DNA of 64,000 nt from Octopus sinensis (lineage: Eukaryota). The notes beneath the pieces were generated by a model, which had not been told where the DNA came from, made no database searches, and worked only from the letters and a program-made list of their open reading frames with translations. Where the stretch lies: the NCBI RefSeq assembly GCF_006345805.1, contig NC_043005.1:16182001-16246000 (forward strand), written 5' to 3'. A program made the translations under genes and the position numbers. Positions 35,880-48,742 of the stretch are shown here, in pieces (position 1 is the first letter of the stretch; each line of letters starts with the position of its first letter).

Positions 35880-36222
35880 TTATTATTCAGTAGTCTTATT
35901 TTTATCACGTGCTTCCACTGCACTACCGAGAGCAGCTCCGTGTGCTTTGGGTATGTGCTGTGGTTTGTTGTGATGCTCTTATTGTTACTGTATTGAAAGT
36001 GTTTTACATAGGATGTGTGCGCTGCCTAGTAGTTCTGTTTTCTATATGCTTTATGTACTTGTAAGTCCTGGTGTTTTTGTTAGGTATTTATCTGAATGGG
36101 TTTTTTTATCCTACCTAATGCGCCTATTATGATAGGATTTGTTTTTGTACTTCGAAAGTTTTTCCGTTTCTTTCAGAGAAACATTGTCATCTGTTGGTAT
36201 TGATACATCGATTAGAAAGCGT
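35880..36222 (-). mobile_element. 3' end of an R4/Dong-like LINE
   Basis: Minus strand FLIDVSIPTDDNVSLKETE(K)LSKY, PIIIGALG, LLGSAHILCKTL; ends in AATAATAA. Confidence 0.78.
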
Positions 36223-36294
36223 TTTCATGTTCCATTTTTTGTTTTGCTTTCTTACACACACACACACAGACACACACACACATACATACATACA

Positions 36295-36327
<33 letters not shown>

Positions 36328-36419
36328 GTGTGTGTGTGTGGTGTGTGTGTGTGTGTGTATGTATAATATATAAATATATTCATATATACATACATATATG
36401 TACATACATACATGCATAT

Positions 36420-36607
36420 ATGGGTACAGGACATCAAAAAAACCTCGAACACAATGAGAAATGAAAACATAAATACAAGAACATAGAAAACGAACTTTTT
36501 TTCGAACAACGAAAAAAAACAAACAGAGAAACGAGACATGCAACATAAAGAATATTCCCCTTCATCAGTTGTCCCTTTTTCATCTAATCCGCGTGTCGAA
36601 GGCAAGG

Positions 36608-36612
<5 letters not shown>
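36420..36612 (-). mobile_element. Short microsatellite-flanked element with a CTGATGA motif
   Basis: Minus strand CCTTCGACACGCG...ACAACTGATGAAGGGG; bounded by simple repeats. Confidence 0.35.
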
Positions 36613-36686
<74 letters not shown>

Positions 36687-37137
36687 ATATGTATGTATAT
36701 ACACAAATTATTAAGGTGACTAGTCGCAATTTAAAAACCAAAAGGCATAACAGACAAGTGTCGTCACTAAAGTGGCTAAGGGTGCAAGTAAACACCAGTG
36801 TTGTTAGAAATAAGCGTCAAAACAACTCTTAACCACGGGCAAAACACTTGTCTATTGACTGACAAGGGAAACAACCTCCCCACAACAAGCGTGCGATTCA
36901 GATCATCGATGAATTCGGGTTAAAGAAATCCTCTTCAATGATACTTACTTCGTTGCCTAGGGTTAAACTGAACTCGCCTTGTCGATTTCTAGAAAATACC
37001 ATAGGAATCAGTGGTTGACTCAGTAAAATGGTAAAGTGAAAATTATAGTAGCTGGATGCAGTTTAAGAGCCATATAGCACAAGTACAATCGCCACTAAAG
37101 TGACAAAGGGTACAAGTCAGCACACACACACACACAT

Positions 37138-37362
37138 CTTTTCTTTTATTCTTTTATTTGCTTAAGTCATCTGACTGCGGCCATGCTGGAGCACCGCCTT
37201 TACAAATCGAACAAATGAACGCCAGAACTTTTTCTTTGTAAGCCTAATACTTATTCAATCGGTCGCTTTGCTGAACCGCTAGGTTACGGGAACATAAACT
37301 CACCAACATCGGTTGTTAAGTGATGATGGGGGTGAGGACAAATACAGACGCACATACATATA

Positions 37363-37404
<42 letters not shown>

Positions 37405-37555
37405 CGATGGGATTCTTTTAGTTTCCGTCTACCAAACGCACTCACAAGACTTTGGTCGGTCAGAAGATACATGCCCAATGTGCCACGTAGTGGAACTGAA
37501 CCCGGAGCCATGTGGTTTGTAAGCAAGCTACTAACCACGCAGCCACTCCTGCGCC
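37138..37555 (-). mobile_element. SINE family B
   Basis: Reverse-complement match, internal TA tract. Confidence 0.85.
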
Positions 37556-37556
37556 A

Positions 37557-37679
<123 letters not shown>

Positions 37680-37698
37680 TATATATATATATATAGGG

Positions 37699-37729
<31 letters not shown>

Positions 37730-38098
37730 TAAAAGGAGCAAAAGTACTGGAGATTCAGTATACAACCACGGCAAAATTATGAGTTGAAAATAATAGTTTA
37801 ATATCTTTTTATAAAGAAATTTTTAAAAGACATTTTATGGATGTAAGTCCATGGAATTGAACGTGCCAAGAAATTGGACACAAACACACTAAGGACAACA
37901 AAACAAAACACTGCACCCCACTTTAAATCACTCCCATACATATCAACCCAGAACCCCAGAAACAATGATAGATAGACAGACAGAGGGATAGAGAGATACA
38001 TGGCAGTCGATGGGCAGAGCTATTAGATAACTGGTTTAAAGATATTGCCATAATTTATTTATTTATTTATTTATTTATTTACATTTACATTTATTTAC

Positions 38099-38258
38099 AG
38101 CTGTGTGGTAAGTAGCTTGCTAACCAACCACATGGTTCCAGGTTCAGTCCCACTGTGTGGCATCTTGGGCAAGTGTCTTCTGCTATAGCCCCGGGCCGAC
38201 CAATGCCTTGTGAGTGGATTTGGTAGACGGAAACTGAAAGAAGCCTGTCGTATATATG

Positions 38259-38289
<31 letters not shown>

Positions 38290-38500
38290 TTGTGTGTCTG
38301 TGTTTGTCCCCCTAGCATTGCTTGACAACCGATGCTGGTGTGTTTACGTCCCCGTCACTTAGCGGTTCGGCAAAAGAGACCGATAGAATAAGTACTGGGC
38401 TTACAAAGAATAAGTCCCGGGGTCGATTTGCTCGACTAAAGGCGGTGCTCCAGCATGGCCGCAGTCAAATGACTGAAACAAGTAAAAGAGTAAAAGAGTA
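38099..38500 (+). mobile_element. SINE family B, slightly 5'-truncated
   Basis: Match to the family consensus. Confidence 0.9.
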
Positions 38501-39866
38501 ATTCTGGGATGAAATCTGAGATCAACTTTGCTTTAGCGTTCCAGACATTCTGGGTGGATGAATATAGTACCAGCGTAGTCCTGTATACTACACAGGGTCA
38601 ACGGTGAGAGGGCCGAGAAAATGTATAACTACTCGAGCCTATATGGTTGTCTAAATGCATTGATGAAAGCATTGTATATGCTAACACTAAATTATTATCG
38701 ATAGCCTGCGACAGCTGTAGTTTATGTATTTGTGTGTGCGTGTGCATGTGTGTGTGTGTGTGTGTGTGTAATAAGAGAGAGGGGCGAATGTCATAAAAAA
38801 CATGAAAGACATGAGAAAAATTCTTTTTTTAAATAGGGTAAATAATAAGAGACAACAAAATGCATCTATCAAGGAGGAAGAGGAGGAGGCGGATGAGGAG
38901 AGGAAGAAGGAGGGTGAGCTGAAACTGAACAGAGACATTGGGAGATATTTTGATAGATAAAGAGAAAGGAAAACGAGAAAGATTACGTAACTGAGTGGCT
39001 ATAACGATGGAAAGACTGACAGTGAGAGACAGCGAGAGAGAGAGAGAGAGAGAAAGAGGGGGAAAGAAAGAGAGGGTGAATGAGAGAGACAGAGTGAGTG
39101 AGAGAGCTAAAGGATTGGATGGAGGGGGGGAGAAAATATGAAGTTAACGCTAATTTTGAAACATTAAGAAGACGTTAAAATTTAAGTGGAATGAGAAGCT
39201 TGGAGTAAATTGAAGGTTATTTGTAATACAGTGGAGTGAGAGAGAGAGAGAGAGGAAGAGAGGGAGAGAGAGAGAGAGAGTGGGGTAGAAAGATAGAGAG
39301 ACTGATAGACAGAGGTGCAGTGAGCGCCACATAGTGATGCGTTCAGAATGCAGACGTCTGCTTTTATTCAAAATATGGGTTGCTATGTCATGTTTTAAGT
39401 GCACTGCCTAAGACATTTCGTTTCTAAAAATCTAGGTGACCATTTGAAGGTTAGAATTGGAAACATGCATGCTTGTCTATACATGTACTTATATACATAT
39501 GCACATACACACTTGTATTCATACACAAAGAACGAAGGGGAGAGAGAAAGCAGGAATAAGAAAAAAGGAACTATTTTCTTGTTCTGTATTTTACCAGATG
39601 TAATAATTTGTCCTGAACTTTTCGAAGTGTGATAACTTGTCCTGTACTTTTCCAGATTTATAATCTTAAGAATATTATTTCTCTTGCGCGCATTTCCCCA
39701 AGTAATCCATGTTTTTTCCAGGCTCTGCTATTATGCTAATTAATAATGTGTCAATTAATAATTTTAAGATTTCACCTTATTGAAAATTACCTCAATGCTG
39801 CCGGTAACATATATTAAAATCCCCTGATAGAATTATATTTAAAAAAAAGTATAGACCTATATTATC

Positions 39867-40099
39867 TATTTCTTTACTACCCACAAGGGGCTAAACACAG
39901 AGGGGACAAACAAAGACAGACAAACGGATTAAGTCGATTACATCGACCTCAGTGCGTAACTGGTGCTTATTTAATCGACCCCGAAAGGATGAAAGGCAAA
40001 GTCGTCCTCGGCGGAATTTGAACACAGAACGTAACGGCAAACGAAATACCGCTAAGCATTTCGCCCGGTGTGCTAACGTTTCTACCAGCTCGCCGCCTT
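39867..40099 (-). mobile_element. SINE family A monomer
   Basis: Full head to tail; flanked by near-identical TATAG..CTATATTATC. Confidence 0.88.
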
Positions 40100-40272
40100 A
40101 TAGGACTATATTATCACCCTCAAATGTCAGAAACAAACACTCATAGCTTTTTTCTTTCAAAACTTCATTGCACGAGATTGATATCATGAAATTCCTCGAA
40201 TTGAGCTCTGTCATTTAAGATTAATTTAAATATATTTATATGTGTATATACATATATATATGTGTGTCTGTG

Positions 40273-40306
<34 letters not shown>

Positions 40307-40309
<3 letters not shown>

Positions 40310-40622
40310 AAAGAAACCAGGTTGCCGCGTCAAATTTTATATGGTGAACTTTCCTCTGGAAGAAGACTCCATCGATACAAGGATCAGCTGAAGTAGAGTT
40401 TAAAACTGACTGGAATCGATCCCAAAGCCTGGAACAGGAAGAATGAAGTCCAGGATAGGCCCGGCTGGCACCATTCCATCTCTACACTGACAAATAATTC
40501 TGAAGCTGAACGGCAGAGGAAAGAGGAAGAGAAATGACAAAAAAGAAAATGGAGGCTGCAACAACCAAAGCTTTCACCACGGATCTCTTTGTGAAAAGAG
40601 ATAGATAATAAGGGAAACTGTA
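40307..40622 (+). mobile_element. RTE LINE 3' fragment
   Basis: MKETRLPRQILYGELSSGRR..RYKDQLK*SLKLTGIDPKAW...DRPGW. Confidence 0.8.
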
Positions 40623-40644
40623 CCATATATACATACATACAAAC

Positions 40645-40753
<109 letters not shown>

Positions 40754-40755
40754 AT

Positions 40756-40804
<49 letters not shown>

Positions 40805-41262
40805 GTGGAGGCGCATGGCCTGGTGGTTGGGGCAGCGGACTCGTGGTCGTAGGATCGCAGTTTCGATTACTAGACCGGGCATTGTGAGTGTTTATTGAGG
40901 CTCCGGCAGGGGGTTGTGGTGAACCCTGCTGTACTCCTTCACCACAACTTTCTCTCACTCTTTCTTCCTGTTTCCGTTGTACCTGTATTTCAAAGAGCCA
41001 GACTTGTTACACTCCGTGTCACGCTGAATCTCCCCGAGAACTATGTTAAGTGTACACGTGTCTGTGAAGTGATGCGACGTCACTGGTGCCAAGCTGTATC
41101 GGCCCCTTTGCCTCTCCCTGAGTAACATCGGTGGCGTTGAGAGGGGAGGCTGATATTCATGGGCAACTGCTGGTCTTCCATAAACAACCTTGCCCAGACT
41201 TGTGCCTCGGAGGGTGACTTTCCAGGTGCAATCCCATGGTCATTCATGACCGAAGGGGGTCA
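40805..41262 (+). mobile_element. SINE family C head and body with a different 3' module (41071-41262)
   Basis: Matches the 22630-23001 copy up to CACGTGTCTGTG.AGTG, then diverges. Confidence 0.8.
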
Positions 41263-41319
41263 CACACACATATATATACATATATATATATATTCATATA
41301 TATATAGATATATATATAT

Positions 41320-41614
41320 ATGTTGTTATTATTATCATTATTGTTTTTACGTATTTTTGTATTTTTATTCGTGTAACATCGTCCGTTTTCCGTCCTTGTT
41401 TTGTATACATTCGAGGCTTTCTTCCAAGGAATCTAATGCGCTTGGCTTAGATTTTCCTTTGGGACTGCCCAGGTCGGAGCAATCTCAAGATTAATCAGCC
41501 GAAATTGCGAAGATGATCTGGTTCTTGACTGAAGATTGAAGGCTTGTCCGTGTTTTTTGTGTCGTCTTCTAATTGTTTCACGTTCTTGTCCCAGTTTGTA
41601 TATTTTTTTACTTT

Positions 41615-41615
<1 letters not shown>
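41320..41615. repeat. Unclassified ~300-bp element between TA tracts
   Basis: Unique-looking sequence bounded by (TA)n; contains GCCGAAA and CTGAAGA. Confidence 0.35.
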
Positions 41616-41663
<48 letters not shown>

Positions 41664-41693
41664 GTGTGTGTGTGTGCGTCTGTGTGTGTGTGT

Positions 41694-41731
<38 letters not shown>

Positions 41732-41877
41732 TGTGTGTAAAAAGGTTGAATTAGATTCCTCCTTTAATTTGGAGGTTTCCTAAAAATGATTTCTAATATA
41801 GGTTCTTCATATTTTGCTGGTAGCTTACTGGCGTAAGTTTGCAAATATGAAAATAATACTTGTATATGGTGTACGTC

Positions 41878-42272
41878 TGTGTTTGTTCCCCTCCCCCGCC
41901 ATCGCTTGACAACCGATGTTGGGGTGTTTACGTCCCCGAAACTTAACGGTTCAGCAAAAGAACCCGAAAGAATAAGTACTAGGCTTACAAAGAATAAGTC
42001 CTGGAGTAGATTTTTTCGCCTAAAGGCGATGCTCAAGCATGGCCGCAGTCAAATGACAGAAGCAAGTAAAAGAATAAAAGAAAAAATATATAAGCGCAGG
42101 AGTGGCTGTGTGGTAAGTAGCTTGCTTACCAGCCACATGGTTCTGGGTTCAGTCCCACTTGTGGCACTTTGGGCAAGTGTCTTCTACTATAGCTTCGGGC
42201 CGACCAAAGCCTGTGAGTGGATTTGGTAGACGGAAACTGAAAGAAGCCGTAGTATATATGTATATATATATA

Positions 42273-42323
<51 letters not shown>

Positions 42324-42570
42324 ATATAGATTTATATGTGTGTATATGTTTGTTTGTCTGTGTTTGCCCCCCCCCCACCAACATCGCTTGACAACCGATG
42401 CTGGTTTGTTTACGTCCCCGTAACTTAGCGGTTCGGCAAAAGGTACCGATAGAATAAGTAATAGGCTTCCAAAGAATAAGTCCTGGAGTCGATTTGCAAA
42501 TCGACTAAAGGCAGTGCTCCAGCATGGCCGCAGTCAAATGACTAAAGCAAGTGAAAGGATAAAAGAAGAA
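41878..42570 (+). mobile_element. Tandem SINE-B pair (3' half 41878-42085; full copy 42093-42570)
   Basis: Matches to the family consensus. Confidence 0.87.
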
Positions 42571-42954
42571 AAAAAATACAAGAATGTCAGTTAACATAGT
42601 TTTCACGCCTAAAATTCTCAATGTTATTATAAGTTGGAAATTGTCAAAAGCATAATTATATTAGCTGCATATGGTTAAAGAAAAATATTTACGAATTTTT
42701 TTTATTATAAACTTTAAATTAAAGTAAACTTCTTGCTCACTTAATTCTCTACGATAGAGCTCGCACAGATACATGTATACACATACAATTACACACATCT
42801 ACTTCACCAGCACATGTTCGACAACAGTCTTCGAGATTACTTGTTCTTCTCTGCTACGAACCCCTTGCTCTAGCTAACATTTATTCTGCCAATATAACCA
42901 TATAACCTATGCAGTCACTTGCATACTCGTATTTTGTACCACAAGACATTCTAT

Positions 42955-43003
<49 letters not shown>

Positions 43004-43019
43004 CATATATATAGTGAAA

Positions 43020-43044
43020 GATAGATAGATAGATAGATGATAGG

Positions 43045-43112
<68 letters not shown>

Positions 43113-43157
43113 CAGAAAGACAGGCAGAGGAGACATATAGACAGACAGAGAGACAGG

Positions 43158-43220
<63 letters not shown>

Positions 43221-43255
43221 GCAGAGGAGACAGACAGACAGACAGACAGTCAGAC

Positions 43256-43306
<51 letters not shown>

Positions 43307-43332
43307 CAGGCAGCGGAGACAGACAGACAGAC

Positions 43333-43405
<73 letters not shown>
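43020..43405 (+). repeat. (GATA)n/(GACA)n microsatellite
   Basis: Direct inspection. Confidence 0.95.
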
Positions 43406-43406
<1 letters not shown>

Positions 43407-43705
43407 TTTTTTGTGAATGCGTATGTGTGTATGTATGTATGCATGTATCGCAGTTTATGTGCTGCAAAGTTTATAAAATTGTTATAAATAGTACGACCCG
43501 TATCTGATGTACGATTCCGTAAGTTGGAGGGAGTGAGCAGGCATATTTATTATATCAAGATTTTTGAAGTCTACACTGAGTTTCGCCGTTGGCTGGGCCG
43601 TTCATGACTCACACCAACCTACAGACATACCCGCAATAACACACACACACATGCACATCAGACTTTTGTCTCTTGCTGTGGCTTGTAGAAAGGGTACAAT
43701 GTATG

Positions 43706-43757
<52 letters not shown>

Positions 43758-43762
43758 TATAC

Positions 43763-43960
43763 TTTATTTAAAGCAGCAGAAAATTCAACAAAACCTGTTA
43801 CTGAGTTTCCCGTTGCCGTTCATCGGACAGCTTTTGCCAGCAAAAACTGAATTTTTTGAAAAAGAATTTTCTGCTGCTTTAAATAAAACATATTACTCTA
43901 CCACTGGTATTTGAGTACTCTTTTTTCCACCTTGTTTCACATTTATAGTGTTTACTCCGG

Positions 43961-43961
<1 letters not shown>
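43763..43961. mobile_element. Short TA-flanked fold-back element with hammerhead-like motif
   Basis: Perfect 24-bp inverted repeat 43763-86/43864-87; minus-strand motif at 43795-43830. Confidence 0.55.
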
Positions 43962-43998
<37 letters not shown>

Positions 43999-44015
43999 GT
44001 ATGTATAAACACACA

Positions 44016-44870
44016 CATGTTGTCTCAAAATTAAGGCAACCAGCATTTCTTCAATTTTGCCAATCCAAAATATTATTATATTCCGGGTCGGAGCGCTGCA
44101 ATGCAATGGTAAAGGGAAAGCACTTATGACACTACCACATTTGTTCGATATGACCACCTCTGTTTCGAATTCACAGCCTTAAGTCTAGGTGCGAATACTT
44201 CAAAGGCTGCACGCTGTAGTTTTTGCGAAATCAAAGCCCTTTCTTGGCGCCTTCAGAGCGTGGAGCGAAGCATGAGGAGTTTTCAATACTCTCGTCTCAA
44301 AAATGGACCAAACAGAAAAATCCAACAGGTTGAGATCGGGGCTTCTTGAGGGCCATATATCTTTGCCTATGAACAACAGAATGTTTTTCTTAATCCGGTG
44401 TTGTGTCTGTTTGGAGCTGTGGGATGGCGCTGAATCCTATTGGAGGCTCCAAAGTGCTCCTTGAAAGTGTTCTTTCGTCCGTGGAAGCAGCTCAGCTTCC
44501 AAAATGTCGATAATGTATCACTGGGCACAAAAACAAGGTGAGACCTTCCAGTGGCTGTCACTGACGCCCTAACCATAACTGCCAGTGGATTTTGACGTGG
44601 GTTTACGAGTCTACCCTTGGAGGAGCCAGATACATTCCAAAGTTGGTCATTCTGATATCTACTGTCTGTTCTATGCCAAATTTCTTTTCGTCAGTGAACA
44701 CCAGGTAGGGCAACGTGCCTTCAGCAATCTGGTAGTTGGACTGCTCATGACACGGCAATACACGAACACACCCACACACACATGCACGTACAACTCATAC
44801 ACACACACTGACAAACACATGCACATCAGATTTTTGTGTTTTTCCGTAGCTTTTTGAAAGACTACATTTG
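44016..44870 (-). mobile_element. Internally deleted Tc1/mariner element of maT (DD37D-like) type
   Basis: Minus strand LVFTDEKKF, VMVRASVTATGRSHLVFV, Q*DSAPSH, WPSRSPDLNLLDFSVW, RGGHIEQM; TIR-like CATGTTGTCTCAAAATTAAGGCAA at 44016. Confidence 0.8.
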
Positions 44871-44949
44871 ACATATTTATGTGTGTATATACGTACGTGC
44901 GTATGTATGTACGCATATATAGAAATATATATATATAGACATAGATATA

Positions 44950-45135
44950 CAGGGTGTCCCGAAATTAAGACAATAGAAGATTTGTGCTTGAATAACTATC
45001 AATAAATGTGATAAGATATAAAAATTATAGATTATAAAAGATCAGTTTGACGGCCTCTCTCAATGTGTATAAGTTGTACGTGCATGTGTGTGGGTGTGTT
45101 CGTTTATTGCTGTGTCATGAGCAGCCCAACTACTC
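44950..45135 (+). mobile_element. 5' end of the same maT-like family
   Basis: TA-CAGGGTGTCCCGAAATTAAGACAA TIR; 45073-45133 is the reverse complement of ~44732-44792. Confidence 0.7.
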
Positions 45136-45466
45136 CGCCCCCATACCCATATATATATTACTGAACTGTCTATAGTTTTCCGCCCCGTTTATATGCTGTA
45201 ATGCTCCACATTTTAAGTCACTTTCTTTGTGAAATTGACTATCACAGGCGGAACCAGAGGAGTAGTATCATGGAATTTAATGTCTTTGAACGTTAATGGC
45301 ACTGAAACTACGCTGATGTTTGTCTCCACAGCTGACGAGCGATTTTCTTTGTTTAATTTATTTTCCTGTTAATCGTTTCCAAATCTGATTTCGATTTACA
45401 CTATATGTATGTGCATGTATTTATGTATGTATGCATATACACACACACCACACACACACACATATA

Positions 45467-45527
<61 letters not shown>

Positions 45528-45529
<2 letters not shown>

Positions 45530-45740
45530 TTCCCAACCACATGGTTCTCTGTTCAGTCCCACAACGTGGCACCTTCAGCAAGCGTCTTCTACTATAACAT
45601 CGGGCCGACCAAATCTTTGTGAGAGGATTTGGTAGACGGAAACTGAAAGAAGCCCGCGGCACATACATATATGTATATCTACGTATGTGTCTTTGTGTCT
45701 GTGTTTGTCTCCCACCACCGCTTCACAACCGGCTTCACAA
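45528..45740 (+). mobile_element. Partial SINE-B
   Basis: CCAACCACATGGTT...GGTAGACGGAAACTGAAAGAAGCC. Confidence 0.78.
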
Positions 45741-46036
45741 CCTAGGAGACTTTTGGAGTCGGTTTGTGAGTGTGTGTATGCGGTATACATACATACACAC
45801 ACACACATATATAAACATACATATATATATATATAAGTTTAAATTAAAGTTAAAGTTTAAATTTAAACTTTAAATTTAAACTTTATGCGTTGGGTGTTTC
45901 CCTAGTATGGCGATAAAGCACGTTTACTGCTTATGGCTACCTGTCATCAATCACAGTAACTGCACAACTGTTGCTGGCACTTCGTTTCCGGTATACTCAA
46001 TCTTCGTATCCATTATTTCTACTATACATACATATA

Positions 46037-46503
46037 GGCGCAGGAGTGGCTGTATAGGCGCAGGAGTGGCTGTATAGGCGCAGGAGTGGCTGTGTGGTAA
46101 GTAGCTTGCTAACCAACCACATGGTTCCGGGTTCAGTCCCACTGCGTGGCATCTTGGGCAAGTGTCTTCTGCTATAGCCCCGGGCCGACCAATGCCTTGT
46201 GAGTGGATATGGTAGACGGAAACTGAAAGAAGCCTGTCGTATATATGTGTATATATATATATATGTATGTGTGTGTGTTTGTGTGTTTGTGTGTCTGTGT
46301 TTGTACCCCTAGCATTGCTTGACAACCGATACTGGTGTGCTTACGTCCCCGTCACTTAGCGGTTCGGCAAAAAGAGACCGATAGAATAAGTACTGGGCTT
46401 ACAAAGAATAAGTCCCGGGGTCGATTTGCTTGACTAAAGGCGGTGCTCCAGCATGGCCGCAGTCAAATGACTGAAACAAGTAAAAGAGTAAAAGAGTAAA
46501 GAG
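46037..46503 (+). mobile_element. SINE family B with triplicated 5' end
   Basis: TATAGGCGCAGGAGTGGCTG three times, then a full body. Confidence 0.9.
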
Positions 46504-47496
46504 TATATGCATACACACGCGCGCGCGCGCGCATATATATTTGTTGCTTTTCATTTGTCTTGCTCGCTTACGTTCTGGTGTTTGCTAAATTTTTTCTTGA
46601 GAACATTTCTTAGTGGTAATGCCATAGCAGATCTACTTCTAGCCATAAGGGTTGTCCACAAGACATTCTTTTGTTGTCTTGCCATTTCTATCAATATATA
46701 TATATATATATATATATATGTTATACACTCATCCATGTACAAAGAAACAAACGTGTACCTACATACACGCTTACAAACGTGTGTTACTATTCTCTTTCAA
46801 ACACACGCGCACATGTACACTCACATACACAAACGCACACACAAACACACTCATACGCACACACACACAGATAGATAGGTGAACACATGATAGAAAATAG
46901 CGTTAAGCACATCTTGTTGGATTTGTAAATATTCAATCACAAACTGATTAAGATGCAAATTAATCAAAAATTCTGATTCCGTACATCTGAAGAGGTAAAA
47001 GCTTATCTGTGCCTATGAAACTTAGGGTAATGTCAAGTCGTATCAAACTGTTTTCAAATATAAGTATTCTTTTAATCGTTTATTCTTTTACTTATTTCGG
47101 CTATTGGACTGTGGACATATTTTGGCACTGTCTTGAAGATTTTAATCGAAGACACCGATCCGAGTATTTTTTTCTTTATAGTCTGGGAATCGTTCTGTCG
47201 TTTTCTGTTGCCAGACGGTAATATTCTGACGATGAAAAATAACCCTAACCCTATTAGAAAAATAAAGAATGAAATGAGTGGAATGTTTACCAGTGAGTGT
47301 GTTAAATTATAAGGCACTAAAAGAGAATGACTCTCCCCAGACACGACAGAATTTGCTTCAACGCACGAAATCACGTAAAGAATCTTGTAAACTAAATCCC
47401 AAAACGAAATCAACAGGGTATTTCTGTACGTATGTATGCATGTATGTATGTATGTATGTATGTATGTATGTATGTATGTATGTATGTGAGCATGTT

Positions 47497-47532
<36 letters not shown>

Positions 47533-47582
47533 ACACACACACACACACACCACACACACACACACCACACACACACACGCAC

Positions 47583-47643
<61 letters not shown>

Positions 47644-47876
47644 GGCGAGCTGGCTGAAACGTTAGCACGCCGGGCGAAATGCGCAGCCGTATTTCGCCTG
47701 CCATTACGTTCTGGGTTCAAATTCCGCCGAGGTCGACTTTGCCTTTCATCCTTTCGGGGTCGATAAATTAAGTACCAGTTACGCACTGGGGTCTATGTAA
47801 TCGACTTAATCCGTTTGTCTGTCCTTGTTTGTCCCCCCCCCCTCTGTGTTTAGCTCCTTGTGGGTAGTAAAGAAAT
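47644..47876 (+). mobile_element. SINE family A monomer
   Basis: Match to the consensus, inside (TA)n. Confidence 0.88.
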
Positions 47877-48005
47877 ATATATATATATATAGATAGATAG
47901 ATATATAGAGAGTAGGCAGTTCATATATCCGAAGAAGAAGCACACTCTAAAACGCTAGAGCAATATTATTTTTTTTTAAGACGGTAATTGTTATGGCTGG
48001 TCAGA

Positions 48006-48057
48006 GAGTGACCATTGGTTTCGAACCAATAAAGCCTATATCCAACTCGTCAGACTC
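48006..48057 (-). ncRNA. Type I hammerhead ribozyme candidate, canonical core
   Basis: Minus strand GAGT-CTGACGA-G...C-GAAA-CC-aat-GG-TC-ACTC; stems I and III perfect, stem II irregular. Confidence 0.65.
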
Positions 48058-48164
48058 AAATGTTTCCCAGGTGGATACAGCAATAAATGTTATATCCGGA
48101 AAAATATAACATAAATGAATTTTAATTGATCGAATTAATAGTGAAAACTGAAGTGCATTATTAT

Positions 48165-48549
48165 GGGAAGCACTCCGTCGGTTACGACGACGAGGGTTCC
48201 GGTTGATCCGAATCAACGGAACAGCCTGCTCGTGAAATTAACGTGTAAGTGGCTGAGCACTCATCAGACACGTGTACCCTTAACGTAGTTCTCGGGGATA
48301 TTCAGCGTGACACAGAGAGTGACAAGGCCGGCCCTTTGAAATACAGGTACAACAGAAACAGGAAGAAAGAGTTAGAGAAAGTTGTGATGAAAGAGTACAG
48401 CAGGGATTACCACCATCCCCTGCCGGAGCCTCGTGGAGCTTTAGGTGTTTTCGCTCAATAAACACTCACAACGCCCGGTCTGGGAATCGAAACCGCGATC
48501 CTATGTCCGCGAGTCCGCTGCCCTAACCACTGGGCCATTGCGCCTCCAC
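48165..48549 (-). mobile_element. SINE family C, full length
   Basis: Near-identical to 22630-23001; TSD-like GC(A/T)TTATTAT. Confidence 0.9.
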
Positions 48550-48742
48550 GCTTTATTATATAAGAACAGCGGCGTGGCATCGCTGAGAATGTCGTATGTT
48601 ATTTACCTGTATCTCTTTTATTTAGATTCCGAGTTCAATTTCCACAAAGGTCGATTTTGCTTTCCGTCTTCCCGGAATTGATAAAATAAATCTGACTTAA
48701 TTAACAGGGTCGATGTAATTGAGTGTACATTCATAAAGTATA

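Noticed and set aside
45331-45377. CTGACGA followed by GCGATT/AATCGT stem
   Set aside because: GAAA and cleavage triplet are absent downstream.
45836-45885. AT-rich quasi-palindrome of AAAGTTTAAATT units
   Set aside because: Short low-complexity slippage product next to a TA tract.
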